Source: Vicugna vicugna (Eukaryota). From it: a stretch of 64,000 nt of DNA. How positions within the stretch are numbered: position 1 is the first letter of the stretch; every line of letters starts with the position of its first letter. The DNA is taken from the NCBI GenBank assembly GCA_013265495.1, contig MU058065.1, forward strand, positions 7,812,302 to 7,876,301, given 5' to 3'. Made by a program: the position numbers and the translations under genes. This document shows, piece after piece, positions 13,063 to 25,210 of the stretch. The notes beneath the pieces are model-generated. The model was given only the letters and a program-made list of their open reading frames with translations, had not been told where the DNA came from and did not search any database.

Positions 13063-14090
13063 TGACAAAGTTCTAAATCTCCTCCTAGAGCCCTCCTGAA
13101 GTGAATGTTAGAAGGAGGGGAGCTGATGGGTGCAGTGTGGATAGAGTTAAGCCTATGTAATCCCATGCATTGAGAAGACTTGGGAAAGACCTACCTAGCT
13201 CATCTGAGCAAATGCAGTAAAAGTTAACTGAAGCACTCGAGCACTCCAACTAACCAGTCCTTCCCCAGCCCACTGTGCTTCCAAAGACTGCATTAGCCTC
13301 CCCAGTCGTAAGAGCACGTTGGCCATTTGTGTGGAGAGCAGATGCCGAAAACGCGCCTTTTAGCACGCTCATTACTGGCAGCAAACAACGTGATTGTCAA
13401 GCCTGTCATTAAACCAGCAGGGGAGCAAAATCCTGAAAAGTTCTAGCAAACAAGGGAGAGAAAGGAAATTAAATGGATATACTGTACCATGAAGATGCGT
13501 AAAAATGTCTTTGACAAAGACAGAGCACTACGAAAGGGCACCATGTTTTATTTCAGTGTGTTTATTTATTCATTACTGAGTCCTTTGTGGATTGTCTTGT
13601 AACCTCAGAGCCCCATATTTGATTTATTTTCATTCAAGTTCTTAAATTCCTTAATAATGAATTAGTAAATTTTCTTACTCTGTTTTTCATATGTCTGTTT
13701 ATTTTATTTTTATTTTTGAGAAAACTTGTCTTCCTCTTAAGGGAAACAAGTACACACATACACACTCATTCAGATGCATGCACACACATATACATCCACA
13801 ACATACACATCAGGAGTGTGACGGATCAGTGACAAATTTTGATAATTCAAAAATGGCAAAGGCTTCATGCTGATGGCTCATGTGTTTCCACGATCTGAAG
13901 CAAGATGTGAGCCAAGCAACACAGTGACCAGGTGGCCAGTTTAATGGGCTAGTAAGAGTTTAAACTACCTCTTTAGTTTGAAAGACATAGGAGTGTTATG
14001 CTGGTGTTAAGCCCCTCAGAGTCATGGACTCAAATGGGCTAGTTATCTCAGAGAGAAAAAAAAGGAAATTAGTTTATAAACTTAGAAAAC

Positions 14091-14335
14091 GAGGCAGTGT
14101 GGTGGAATGGAAAACACAGGACTCTGGAGTTACGAATCTGAAAACGATTTTCCTTTCTGCCCCTCCTTAGCTTTGGAACTTTGGATAAGTTATTTACACT
14201 CTCTGAGCTTTCATTCCTTCGCTTACAAAGTTAAGAAAATAATGCCTATTTCACAGCTCTGTAATGAGGATTAAATGGAATGATGTTTATGGAAAGTGGC
14301 TTGTATGCTATAAATTGCTTGGCAGTTATTTATTT
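14091..14335 (+). mobile_element. MIR SINE (near full length)
   Basis: gaggcagtgtggtggaatggaaaacacaggactctggagtt..ttggataagttattta.actctctgagc..aataatgcctatttcacag..tgaggattaaatg. Confidence 0.8.
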
Positions 14336-14689
14336 GAAAGGCTAAAACTCCAAACCTCTGTCAGTTTGGAATCTGAAAAGTGATAATAACTTTCTACTTA
14401 TATTAGAAAACAAACATAAATGAATGAGTTTCCACTGTAAGCAAAAGAGATTCACCCTGGACATCAAAAAGCTCATCCCAGTCCCACCCAGTAAGGTCTG
14501 GTGAAAACTGTAACACTAGTTGGTAGAACATTTCCAAAACTCCTTCTCAGGAGAGCTGTCTTTGCATGAGATCATCCCACTTCCAAGGGAATAAAGAAGA
14601 GCTCTTCCTTCTCTTGGGAGAGAAGACAGGCAAAGTGAAAATGTACAGGTCAAAGGCACTTTCAGAAACACCACTGGTCTTATCCATTT

Positions 14690-14955
14690 TACACTGATAA
14701 CTATGCTGACCATAAGAGTAACTGAGAACTTACTACACTGAGCATATCAGTAGCAAGCCTTCAGGTATCTATCTGAATTCCTCACAATCCCTCTCCTACC
14801 TGTGCCGAGGCGTGAACTATTTGTTTCTGCTCTACCCATGAGAAAACTGAAGCTCGGTGACCCCACAGAATTCATCGGAAGTGACACAGCTAGTTGCAGG
14901 GCTAGGATTTGGGCCCAACTGTATCTAACCACAAAGTTTGTTCTCCATTATGCCA
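14690..14955 (-). mobile_element. MIR SINE
   Basis: aattcctcacaatccct..atgagaaaactgaagctc..gtgacacagctagt..gctaggatttgggcccaac. Confidence 0.6.
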
Positions 14956-14962
14956 AACTACT

Positions 14963-15427
14963 TGTATTACCTTTCTATCCTTTTGTGACCAAATACCAAA
15001 AACTAGGCAGCTTAAAATCACACACATCTATTATCTCCCTGTTTCTGTGAGTCAGGAGCCCTGACATAGTTTAGCTGGATCCTCTGTTCAGGGTCTTGAC
15101 AAGTTGCATACAAGGTATTAGATGGGCAGTGCTCTCACCCATGAGGTTGACTAGGGAGCTCCATCCAAGCAGCAAGGAGCACCTCTCACTTTAGGCAGGG
15201 CCCAGTCCCTCTTTTAAGGGGTTTTACCTAATTAAGACATGCCCACCTAGTATAATCATCGTTTTGATTAACTCAAAATCAACTGAATAAGACCTTAATA
15301 ATGCCTGCTACATTCTCTTGGCTAGAAGCAACTCACAAGTCCACCTACACTAGGGAAGGAGATTATAATGGGCAGGAACACCCAGGGGCAAGTGTCCTGG
15401 GGCCATCTTAGAATTCTACCTACAACA
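14963..15427 (-). mobile_element. MLT1E/F-like MaLR solo LTR
   Basis: TG..CA termini (tgtattacc..ctacaaca), MLT1 internal motifs, and a 5-bp TSD ctact (14958-14962) / ctacc (15428-15432). Confidence 0.8.
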
Positions 15428-15614
15428 CTACCTCCCTTGAGTTGTGGTTATAGGAGATGCAGTCACAAAAAGTGAAGCCTAGAGCAGAGAGAGAATCAGC
15501 TGGTTCTGCTCCACCTTAACAGTTTCCTGTGGCATTGTAGGTAGCCCCATGCTAGAATACTAGGTAGGAGAAAGCTGACCTTGGTGAATAGTCTAGAATC
15601 TAGACATAGAAGAA

Positions 15615-15790
15615 CAGAGGTTCTTATCCCTGGCTGCATGCTAGAAGCATCTAGGGAGATTTTGAAAATGCTCTCCCAGAGATCCTGATTTAATTGGTCT
15701 GGGGTGGGACCTGGGCATCTGTTTTTGTGTTTGCCTTTGCTTTTAATTTCTCAGGATGCCCAAATGTGACGTCAAGTTAGAATACCTGAT
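15615..15790. mobile_element. MER5-like hAT-Charlie MITE
   Basis: cagaggttctt..tggctgca..tagaa.catct.gggaga..cccagagat.ctgatttaattggtctggggtggg.cctgggcatctg. Confidence 0.7.
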
Positions 15791-15931
15791 CATTAGCAGT
15801 AATCTACAAGGTATGCTGTGTTTACCCCAGAGCTGTGTGAAAGAATCTAGTGGGATGTGAGAAGAGAATCTTCAAACATCTATTTAAAAATATATTTTTA
15901 AGTTTAAAATATAATAAAGAAAAGATGACTT

Positions 15932-17175
15932 GGACTTCTAGTTTCTGGTCTAACATGTAAAGAGCCTGGAAATTGTTATTACCATCCTCACAACAAGAAA
16001 AATCAGAACAAACAGAAAATCAACCACTTTTCTTAGATCCGTCAGAGAATTGAGGTCACAGGGCAAACTATTGCCTCAATCTGGAAAGGCAGGTGGACAC
16101 AGAGAATCACAGCTTAAGAGGAGCAGATGCTCAGGAACAGAAGCCTACGGTTGGATCCATCAAGCAGGAAAAGAATCCAAATTATACACATAGGAACATC
16201 ATATTCAAACTGTGGGAAATCAAAGACAAAGAGGAAATCTTGGAAAAGTCAGAGAGAAGGACAAACTGAAAAAGCAAAACAAAACACCTTGCCTACAGAG
16301 GAACAAGAATAAGACTCAGATTAGACTTCTCTTAAGAAACCAAGCAAGCAAGAAGAGAAAAGAGTGAAATCCTTAAAATATTGGAAGAAAAACCACCAAT
16401 CTCAAATTCTGTAGATAGCAAAATTATCTTTAAAAGGGAAGGAGAAGTAAAGACTAGACTTTCTTAGACAAACAGAAATGGAGGAAATGTGTTGCCAATA
16501 GACCTGCCCCACAAGAAATGTTAAAAGTTCTTCAGATAGAAAGAAAGCTATATAGACCATAAATTCAGATATATTTAAAGGAAGAGTGTTAGAGAAAAAA
16601 TAGATGAAGACAAAATAAAATATTTTATTTTTCATATTATTAACTTATCTAACAAATAGCAATCTGTTCAAAATAATAATACCAACAGTATATTCAGTAA
16701 TTGTAGCTATGGGTAAGTGAAATGAATGACAGCAGTGTTGTAAGTAGTGAGAGGAGGAATTGGAAGTATTCTGTAATTACAAGGTACTTGTACTACCCAG
16801 AAAGCAGAATTATGTCATTTGAAAGTGGACTTGGACTAGCTTTAAATGTATATCACAAATTCTAGGACAACCACTTAAAAAATGTTTTAAAAAGTGTAAT
16901 TGATATGCTGAGAGAAGAGAGAAAAATTGAATCATACAAAATGCTCAACTAAAACCAGAGAAGGCAGAAACAAGTAGAAGACAAAAAAATAAATAAAGGA
17001 ACAGAAAGCAAAGGTAGTGAATACAAAACAGTTATAAACAAGGTAGATGTTAACCCACCTCTATCAATAGTCACTTTAAATATAAGTAGTCTAAATACAT
17101 CGCTTAAAAGACTGAGACTGTCAGAGTGGGTTAAAAAACAAGACCCAACAATACACTGTCTATAAGAAGCTTTAC
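15932..17175 (+). mobile_element. Old L1M (L1MD/L1M4-like) 5' portion: 5'UTR, deleted ORF1, start of ORF2
   Basis: ORF1 C-terminal remnants (aacatcatattcaaactg..aaagacaaagaggaaatcttg). The 17081-17165 stretch translates to an endonuclease-like N-terminus, LSIVTLNISSLNTSLKRLRLSEWVKKQDPTIHCL*. Confidence 0.8.
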
Positions 17176-17304
17176 TTATGTTTACCATTGATAGAAAAGT
17201 ATGTATACAATTCATACATACACATATTAAAGGTGTGTATACAAAATCTTTCTTTATAGTTGGGAGTGGACAATCCAAAATGTTTTGATGTTACTGGTCT
17301 ACAG

Positions 17305-17475
17305 TGGAAGCACTTTTGCAACTTCAATGTGCATAGGAATCACCTGGGGATTTATAACAAAACAGATTCTGAATTAGTGAGTCTAGGATGGGGATAATAT
17401 TCTGCATTAAAAAAAAAGACAAGGGTATCAATGCTGGCATTCCTCAGACCTCACTATGTTTAGCAAGGGTATAGA
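17305..17475. mobile_element. MER5A-like MITE
   Basis: aatgtgcataggaatcacctgggga..cagattctga.ttagt..gtctaggatgggg..ttctgcatt..gacctcact..tagcaagg. Confidence 0.65.
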
Positions 17476-20400
17476 GGACATATCCTAAACCCCACTAATT
17501 GGTTGCATCTAGGAAAGGAACCAAATATCTGTATTATTGAGGGGTTACCCCTTCCCTGCAATGAAAACGTATTCATATATTACCAATGCATGTATTTTTA
17601 AAGCTCCTTTAGGGCAGAAAGACATATGAATGTATCTAAATGGTAAGACAGAAAGTAAAGGAGAGGCAGAAAGGAGAGACGTAAAAAGAAAAGGAAGGTG
17701 AGGAGCAAGGGAAGGAGAAGAGAACTAGAAATGAAGAGAGGCAGATAAAGGAGCTAAAACATGAGAAAGCGCTTCATCTGGGATCATGCATCAGACAAAG
17801 TTATCCAGAAATTGAAGAAATTCATGGAGATAAAAGATCAGGGTCTCACATTAGGACTTGTTCAGATGGCATTGAAACTTATGATTACATGATGAGAAAT
17901 ATTTTGAAATAAGGGTCTACAGGGCAGTCCTTAATTCTACACTCTCAGTTTTTATGGCTACTAAGGAAATCTTGTGATGGGACCTATACAAAGAAGCAGT
18001 GATAGAGGACCAGCTCCTATCTAGCATCCTTAATTCTTGGTAGAGTGATTTGGAGAACAAAACTGAAAGATCTAGTGATAACCTGAGCCCAGACCAGGTA
18101 GGTTGATATAAGACCCACCTGTCAGGAGAGAAAGAAAGGGACACAGGTCATGATGCTGTGACATCTTTTTGACAAAAGCAAATATTGAAGACTCTCGATA
18201 GGTAGGTTGAAAGGAGAAGTAAATTCTTGTGAGAACAGAGGATAAAGTTACAGATTTAAAAAAGACTGTAGTGTTTACTTAAACTACTTCCACCCTTCTT
18301 CTCATATATTTAATATGCACCCTGGTTTCTGCTCTCCCCAACCCATTCATCTCCTTTCTACTAGAAGTTCTAAGTTCACCTGTGACCTCCCAATTTCAAA
18401 AATCCAAAGAACATATCTCAGTACTTCCAACAGATTTTTTGGCAGTATGTGGCTCTGCTGTCACTAAAACAGTAAATCGATCAATAAAAATAAATAGACT
18501 TTGAGGAGGAAGGGGTAGTCTACAAAGTCAGAGTCTCCTCCCACATCCCTTATAACATTTTGATCTCCTCCTCTTCGTCTGTTCTTTCAACCAACTTTTT
18601 GAATATCTAAATGCATCTCTGCGCAGGGCTCATTTATATATTCCATTTGAGGTCTAGCAGCAAGTACAATGGAAATCCTGTTATCACTCTTGTTAACTTA
18701 CACAGAAAAGAGAAAATTCAAGTGCAAGAAAAACTAGAGAGAAGGGTGTTGTAGTTGCTGACCCCCTCTATACTGAAAATTCTTCATGAAACTTGATCTA
18801 AGCCCCCTTTCCACAAGCCAAGCCCATTTATGTGCAGGATCTTAATAACATAATATGCCATAGAGATAAATATATCTATTTTTTTAAACAAATATTTCCC
18901 TTTTTTGAAAAGAAAACTAACTACATGGGAAAATAATGTGTGAGTTATTGATTGTGGAAAATCTTATAATTTCTTGGCAACTTCTATTCATAAGCTATTG
19001 TACAAAAAAAGCAAAAACCAAAATTATTATAATTTACTCTATGTATCTTGTATGGTTTATTCAAGATGATTAAGAGGGTGGATTATGAACGAAGCTGGAG
19101 AGAGCCGTGGGTGCAGGCAACAGTAAACAGTTGGCTCTTATGACATCCATCTCTGTATTGATTCAGATGTTTGGCCTTGAGCAAATCACATCCCTTCATG
19201 GTCTCCTCTCCTCTGTCTCCTGTAAAATGATTCCGTGATCTCTAAGTTCTTTTTTACCTAGGTGGCCTGCCTGGCCGCATTCCAGCTTGTCTTCCCAAAA
19301 TGCCCCATGGCCTTTATAACCACCTTTGTTTCCTCAGTCCTACCTTTTGAGATCCCATCACTCTCCTACCAGGACCCCCTCTCTCTGGATGTAGCTCTTT
19401 CATTTCACTTTCTTCCTGCCACCCATCCCACAGCTTGCACATAGCCCTTCTCACCTGCAATGCACCAATTTGCAAGGACAAAGAAATTGCATTAACAAAC
19501 TCTAACTGGGATTTGTCACATAAAAGGATATGGAAAACATAGACCTGTAACTGGACATGAGACTAGTTCTTGTATTGCTGACTTCCATTGGATTCCTTGG
19601 TACAGTCATAAATGCAGTCTAGGAGAACGGTCTCTGAGGACGGTGACCTGTCATCAAGCCTCTCTTGGGGGCACAGGACCTATCGTGCTAACTTGGCTCC
19701 ATCCCCATTTTAAACATAGACTCAGTCCCATTCGAGGGCTCTTTTCCTTCCAAGCTGCCTTGGCATCTTCAGCTTATCTTCCCCTTCCTTCCAGCTGCCT
19801 CAGAAAGTGGAAAAACTGGTTTTTCCTGATGTTCTTTGGGGCCCCTTGACTTTGCCCTTGGTTCTTTCCTGTCTCGGGACCCTTTCAGAAGAGAGGTCAG
19901 AATTATCTTGCTTCCCATGTAAGTGCTCTGTTTTCAGGTTTCTTCTCTATCGAGTGAAAGCCTGCAGGTCAGGTGTAAGGAGTGGTCTGGAGAGAAACGC
20001 GGGCCTCTGCCCCTAAGGGCTGGCCCCTGTCCCATCCTGCTGAATCTCACAGAGAACCCCCAGACTGAACGATGCTTGCAGTTTATCCCATCCACCTGTC
20101 TCCGCTTCTATCAAGTCTAATCTTTTAAAAAAAACTCTCTGGAGAGGAGATTCTCACCACCTCCTTCGGTCACCCACGTCTGCCGTCAACACAGGAAATT
20201 CGTATGCTTATTTGCCAGGATTTACCCAAGTATCCCTTTTCTGAGAACAAATAGAATTTAAATAGAACAATTTTATGGGGGAGAGATAAGAGGAGGGTAC
20301 TTTTTATTTTCAAGCTGATAATAAAGAAAGTCAAAAGTAAAGGTCAGCTGTTTATCCAAAATTTTATCCCATTTATTCAAATCTTTCTGGCATTTAGATT

Positions 20401-20693
20401 AGTATGAAAATCTGTCTTCTGAAAAGTTCAAGAACAATCTGCTTTAAGATACACCCTTCCTGCTTTCTGAAAATGATTATGTTGTGGCTTTAAGAGGGCA
20501 GTCCCACAGTCCTTCCCACACCAAATTGCTCTCTTACATTCAGAGACCTTGAGCAGCTGAGCTGGCGCAGAAAAGCTGCGGGGTTTGATGCAGCAGGTAC
20601 CCTCGGGGGTCCTGCCCGGCGAGGACAGCACTTCGCTCACAGGCTCTCCCACGCTCACATCAGCTGTTTGATGTGATGGCTGCACCCTTAGAG

Positions 20694-20909
20694 CAGGGGT
20701 TCTCAACTGGGGACAATTTTGGCCCCCAGGGGACATATGGCAATGTCTGGAGACATTTTTGGTTCTCACAAGTGGTGTGGAGGGCGGTACTATTAGCATC
20801 TAGTGGATTGAGACTTGCTGATAAACAGCCTACAATGCATGGGGCAGCCCACGCACAAAAATAATTGTCCAGCTCAAGATGTCAGTTGTGCCAACACTGA
20901 GAAATCCTG
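20694..20909. mobile_element. MER20 hAT-Charlie MITE (full length)
   Basis: caggggttctcaactgggg.caatttt..cccccaggggacat.tggcaatgtctggagacatttttggtt..gcatctagtgg..cctacaatgca..tgagaaatcctg, with TIRs at both ends. Confidence 0.9.
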
Positions 20910-21214
20910 CCTTTAGTGACACCAGTTTAGGAAACATGTCATTTTAGTGGTCATTTCAGATCACCCTCTCCCAAGCTCCAATTCTGAATTCATTCTTTCA
21001 CTCATTTATTTATTTTATATACATATATATATAAATATAAAATATATATATATAAAATATATATATAGACTGAGCACATACTATAATATGCCAAATCCTG
21101 TGTAGCTGTCAAATAAAATGGCAAGCAGAAGTAGCCTCAGTCCTTGTCCTAAAGGAGGATGCAATCTTGCAAAGAATCAACACTGAGAGTATATACTGGA
21201 AGTATTTTACTATA

Positions 21215-21435
21215 AGGCAGCTCTAAGCACTTTGTGAATTCACTTAGTTCTCACAACAGTCCTATGACATAGATAACATTATTATTCCTCTTTTATCAGC
21301 GAGATAACTAAGGCATTTATAGAGAGGTTAAATGACTTATACAAGCTCACACAGATAACAAGTGGAAGCAGGTTTCAAACCTAAGCTATTGGGCTCCAGG
21401 GTCCATCTGTGCTTTTAACCAGCACTGTGTTGCAT
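21215..21435 (-). mobile_element. MIR SINE
   Basis: ttcacttagttctcacaacagtcctatga..attattattcc..agagaggttaaatgactt..aagctcacacag..aagtggaagcaggtttcaaacc. Confidence 0.75.
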
Positions 21436-21519
21436 CTCATATAAACACACACACATACTGGAATGTTAAAAAGAAGAGGAAGACAAAGCTTTGAGTGTCT
21501 ATTATAAAAAAGGGCTGTC

Positions 21520-22490
21520 CTCATACAACTCAATAACGAAAAAACAGACAACTCAATCAAAAAATGGGCAGAAGACCTAAGTAGACATTTCTCCAATGAA
21601 GACATACAGATGGGCAATAGGCAGTGAAAAGCTGCTCAATGTCGCTAATTATCAGAGAAACGCAAATCAAAACTACAATGAGGAATCACCTCACACTGGT
21701 CAAAATGGCCATTATTAAAAAGCCCACGAGCAATAAATGCTGGAGAGGGTGTAGAGAAAAGGGAACCATCCTATACTGTTGGTAGGAATGTAATTTGGTG
21801 CAGCCATTATAGAAAACAGTATGGAGATTCCTCAAAAAACTAAAAATAGACTTATCATATGATCCAGCAATCTCACACCTGGGCATATATCCAGAGAAAA
21901 CAAAAACTCTTAATTGAAAAAGATACATACATCTCAATGTTCATAGCAGCACTATCCACAATAGCCAAGACACGGAAGCAATCTAAATGTCCATCAATAG
22001 ATGACTGGATAAAGAAGCTGTGGTACGTATCTACAACAGAATACTACTCAGCCATTAAAAAAAATGAGATAACGCCATTTGCAGCAGCATGGATAGACCT
22101 AGAGATTTGTACACTAAATGAAGTAAGTCAGACAAAGACAAGTATCATATGATATCACTTATACTTGGAATCTAAAAAAAAATGGCACAAATGAACTTAT
22201 TTTACAAAATAGAAACAGACTCACACACACACAAGAAAACTTACGGTTCCAGGAGGAAAGGGGGAGGGATATATTAGGAGTTTTTGATGTGCAGATACTA
22301 GCTATATATATATAAAATAGATAAACAAGAAGGTCCTACTGTATAGCACAGGGGACTATATTCAATCTTGTAATAACTTATAATGATAAAGAATATGAAA
22401 AATAATATATATATGTATAACTGAATCATTTTGCTGAACCACCAAAAGCTAACACAATTATAAATCAACTATACTTCAGCTTTTTTTAAG
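21520..22490 (+). mobile_element. 5'-truncated cetartiodactyl-type LINE-1 (ORF2 C-terminus + 3'UTR)
   Basis: The ORF at 21859-22152 gives [42 protein letters not shown] (L1 ORF2 end). The 3'UTR has aaggtcctactgtatagcacaggg.actatattcaa..taaatcaactatacttca. Candidate degenerate TSD at 21504-21519 / 22493-22508. Confidence 0.92.
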
Positions 22491-22619
22491 GAATAAATAG
22501 GCACTGTCACCTAGTCAAGGGGATCTTGCGGAAATGGCACTTGGGCATTTCAGCCCAAGAAGAAGAGTTCACTAGACAACAAAGGGAAAGAAATGCATTT
22601 CAGGCAAAATGACAGCATG

Positions 22620-23101
22620 TGTGTTGCTTTCTTAGGACTACTGTAGTAAATCATCACAAACGTAGTGGCTTAAAACAGCACACATTTACTGTCATACACT
22701 TCTGTAAGTTAGAAGAGTAACATGGGTCTCACTGAGCTTAAATCAAAGTGTCAGTAGGGCTGTGTATCTTTCTGAAGGCTCTTTGAGTCTTCTAGCTTCC
22801 AGAAGACGCCTGCATTCTCTGGCTTCTGGCTCCCTTCAGTCTTCAAAGTCTGTAAGGATGGGTTGAGTCCCTCTCCCAGCAAATCATTCCAATTTTCTTA
22901 TCTCCCTCGTCCACCTTTAAGGATCCTTAAGATTATATTGGTCCCATGGAGATAATCCAGGATGATCTCCCTACAAGGTCATTAACAAATTCACCTCCAT
23001 TTATAGCCTTACTTCCCCTTTGCCATGGGGTGTGAAATAGTCACAGGTTCTGGGGATTAACACAGGGACGCCTTTGGGGAGTCATTAGTCTGCCTGTTAC
23101 A
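22620..23101 (-). mobile_element. MLT1D-like MaLR solo LTR inserted in an L2
   Basis: Begins tgtgttgctttcttagg..tggcttaaaaca, has internal gataatccaggatgatctccc and tcacaggttctggggatta, and ends ctgcctgttaca. Both flanks are contiguous L2 sequence. Confidence 0.85.
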
Positions 23102-23760
23102 GACAGCATGTGTGAAAGCCCTGCAGAAGAAGAAAGGCAGTGACAGGGCCGAAGAAAGTCCACGTGGTTGAAACAGAGAAAATGGAGAAGCATGGAGAAT
23201 TAAACAGGAGACGAGGCCAAGAATCAGACCCCATGTGTCTTGGAAGCTGTGTCAGACGTTTGTCCTCTTCCATCATCTTCCTGTAAGCAAAGAGAAACCA
23301 CTGAAGCCTGTTACCCAGGCCACTGGTGAGACTGCACTGGCATTTTGAAAGGTCCCTCTGGCTGGTGTTTGACGGGGAGAGAAAGAGAGAAGGGGCCCGA
23401 GCTGGGGCAACAGACCAGTGAGAGGAGGGGCTGGAGCCAGATGGGAAGTGATAGAGGTCTAGACTGGGACTTAAAACAGAAAGAAGAAGGAAGGTGAAGA
23501 TTCAAGAGACATTTTGAAGATGAAATTGACCGCAATTGGGGTTGGGTGAGTGGGAAATGGAGGAGGGGGGACAGACAAGTCAAAGAGGCTCCCAGGCTTT
23601 GGGCTTGGTCCAAGGGCTGTGCCGTCCACAGAGAATGGAAGCATAGAGAAGGAACATGAGTGGGGGTGAAATCCGGCATTGGATGTGTTGATTTCAAAAT
23701 GTTCAAGAGGAAACATCAGCTGGGCAGTTGGATTTGTGTATCTAGAACCCAGAGGACAAG
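23102..23760 (-). mobile_element. L2 fragment (continuation of L2 at ~22520-22619)
   Basis: gagaaaccactgaag..gcattttgaaaggtccctctggctg..gtcaaagaggctcccaggcttt..ttggatgtgttgattt..gggcagttggat. Confidence 0.75.
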
Positions 23761-24027
23761 TCTTACTTATAGTTGGTAAAACCACCAATTCAATGTCCTT
23801 GTAGCCTCACAGGACCCATATATCTCAGTCCAAGCCCATTATCTTCCCCCAAATCAACTCCAATACCTGTGTCCTTTCCTGTTAAACACCCCCATGCAGG
23901 GTCAGAAACCTTATCTGATTCATTTGCCAGGCTTAGCAATGTGTCTGGACCTTGTAAGAGGTTAATAAATGTGGTAGAATAAATAACTGAATGTATTAAT
24001 CCATTATCTCAATGTCTGTCTGTCCAT

Positions 24028-24038
24028 CTGTCTCTCTG

Positions 24039-24072
<34 letters not shown>
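24028..24072. repeat. (TCTCTG)n/(TC)n microsatellite
   Basis: Read directly. Confidence 0.85.
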
Positions 24073-24854
24073 ACAGTTCATCTCTCCTGCTGCCCCCCAC
24101 CACACTCCTTTGTCCTATTACTTTTGGACAAAAATGCAAGTCTGTTTAGCTTAGAAAGATCTGAAGTCAAATTCTGTGGTGACCCCAGCACCTGTAGACA
24201 CGGGACCTTTGACCTTAAAGCTACAAAGGACTCTGCTTCCTCCAGCAGCTCAGCCAGGCACTCAGAGAGAGACTTGACAGAACTGACAACCATTGCTGGA
24301 TTTTATTATGTGTTTGGGTGTCTAAAATCATAGTCATTTCCTGTAAGAGCTGTGCTTCACAACGCGCTGCCATAAATTGCCTTGTTTAAATACAAAGCTG
24401 TAGCTTTTTCAATCAGATAAATATATTCCCTTGTATATTTATTGTGTGAGTTCATGTTCTTTGTCCTTCGGGGCTTCCAGGAACTAAGCACTCATCTAGT
24501 ACACAGGGTTGGTGTTTAGAACAATGCAGGAAGAAAGAGGAAGAACAACTCACAAAGGAATGTCCCAGTGTGTCAGAGCCTCTCTGCGCTTAAAACTTCA
24601 ATCAGTCAAGAAAGTACCTGTCAAGCCCTGCTGTATTTGTCACTGTAAAAAAAGAATCACGCAGACATGGTCTTCACAAATCTCTCAGTCTGAGACCATT
24701 CCACCTTCTGTTTTTGCATAATGCTTGTTAGATTTTTAAACAAGAAACTGGACAAAACCACAGCAGACTGTTAAAAGGAGTTCTGGAATCCTCTTTAGGT
24801 CAAATGTTAGCTCACTGTATAGCAGCAAAAACCATGACCAAAGAATTTTCCTTT

Positions 24855-25210
24855 TCTTCATTCATTAAATAAACTTTATTAAATACCTGTTATTTGCCAG
24901 AAACTGGAAATACAACAGGGAACAGGAGGAGGAAACCTGCTAGAGACACTCACTGGGGCTTATATTCTAGAAGGGAAAGATATTCAGTGAGCAAATAAGG
25001 CAATAAATAGACAATAAAATACTAGATCTTGATGATTGCAAAAGGCCATGTGAAATGATGGAGGGGGTACACTAGGTTAGAGTCGTAGGGAAGGTCTGTC
25101 ATAGTAGCTGACACAAGCTGAAACTTGAATGACCAAAACAAAAAACAAAAACAAACAAACAAAAAACCTCTATGAAACTGTGAGTACAAAGATCTGGAGG
25201 AAGCATTCCA
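24855..25210 (-). mobile_element. L2 3' fragment
   Basis: ttcattcatt.aataaactttattaaatacct..ttgccag..ctggaaataca..gcttatattctag..gaagcattcca. Confidence 0.6.

Noticed and set aside
21381..22152. ORFs with protein-like sequence (also 45568-45849 and 16127-17278)
   Set aside because: These are sense or antisense translations of decayed LINE-1 ORF1/ORF2 with stops and frameshifts, not host genes.
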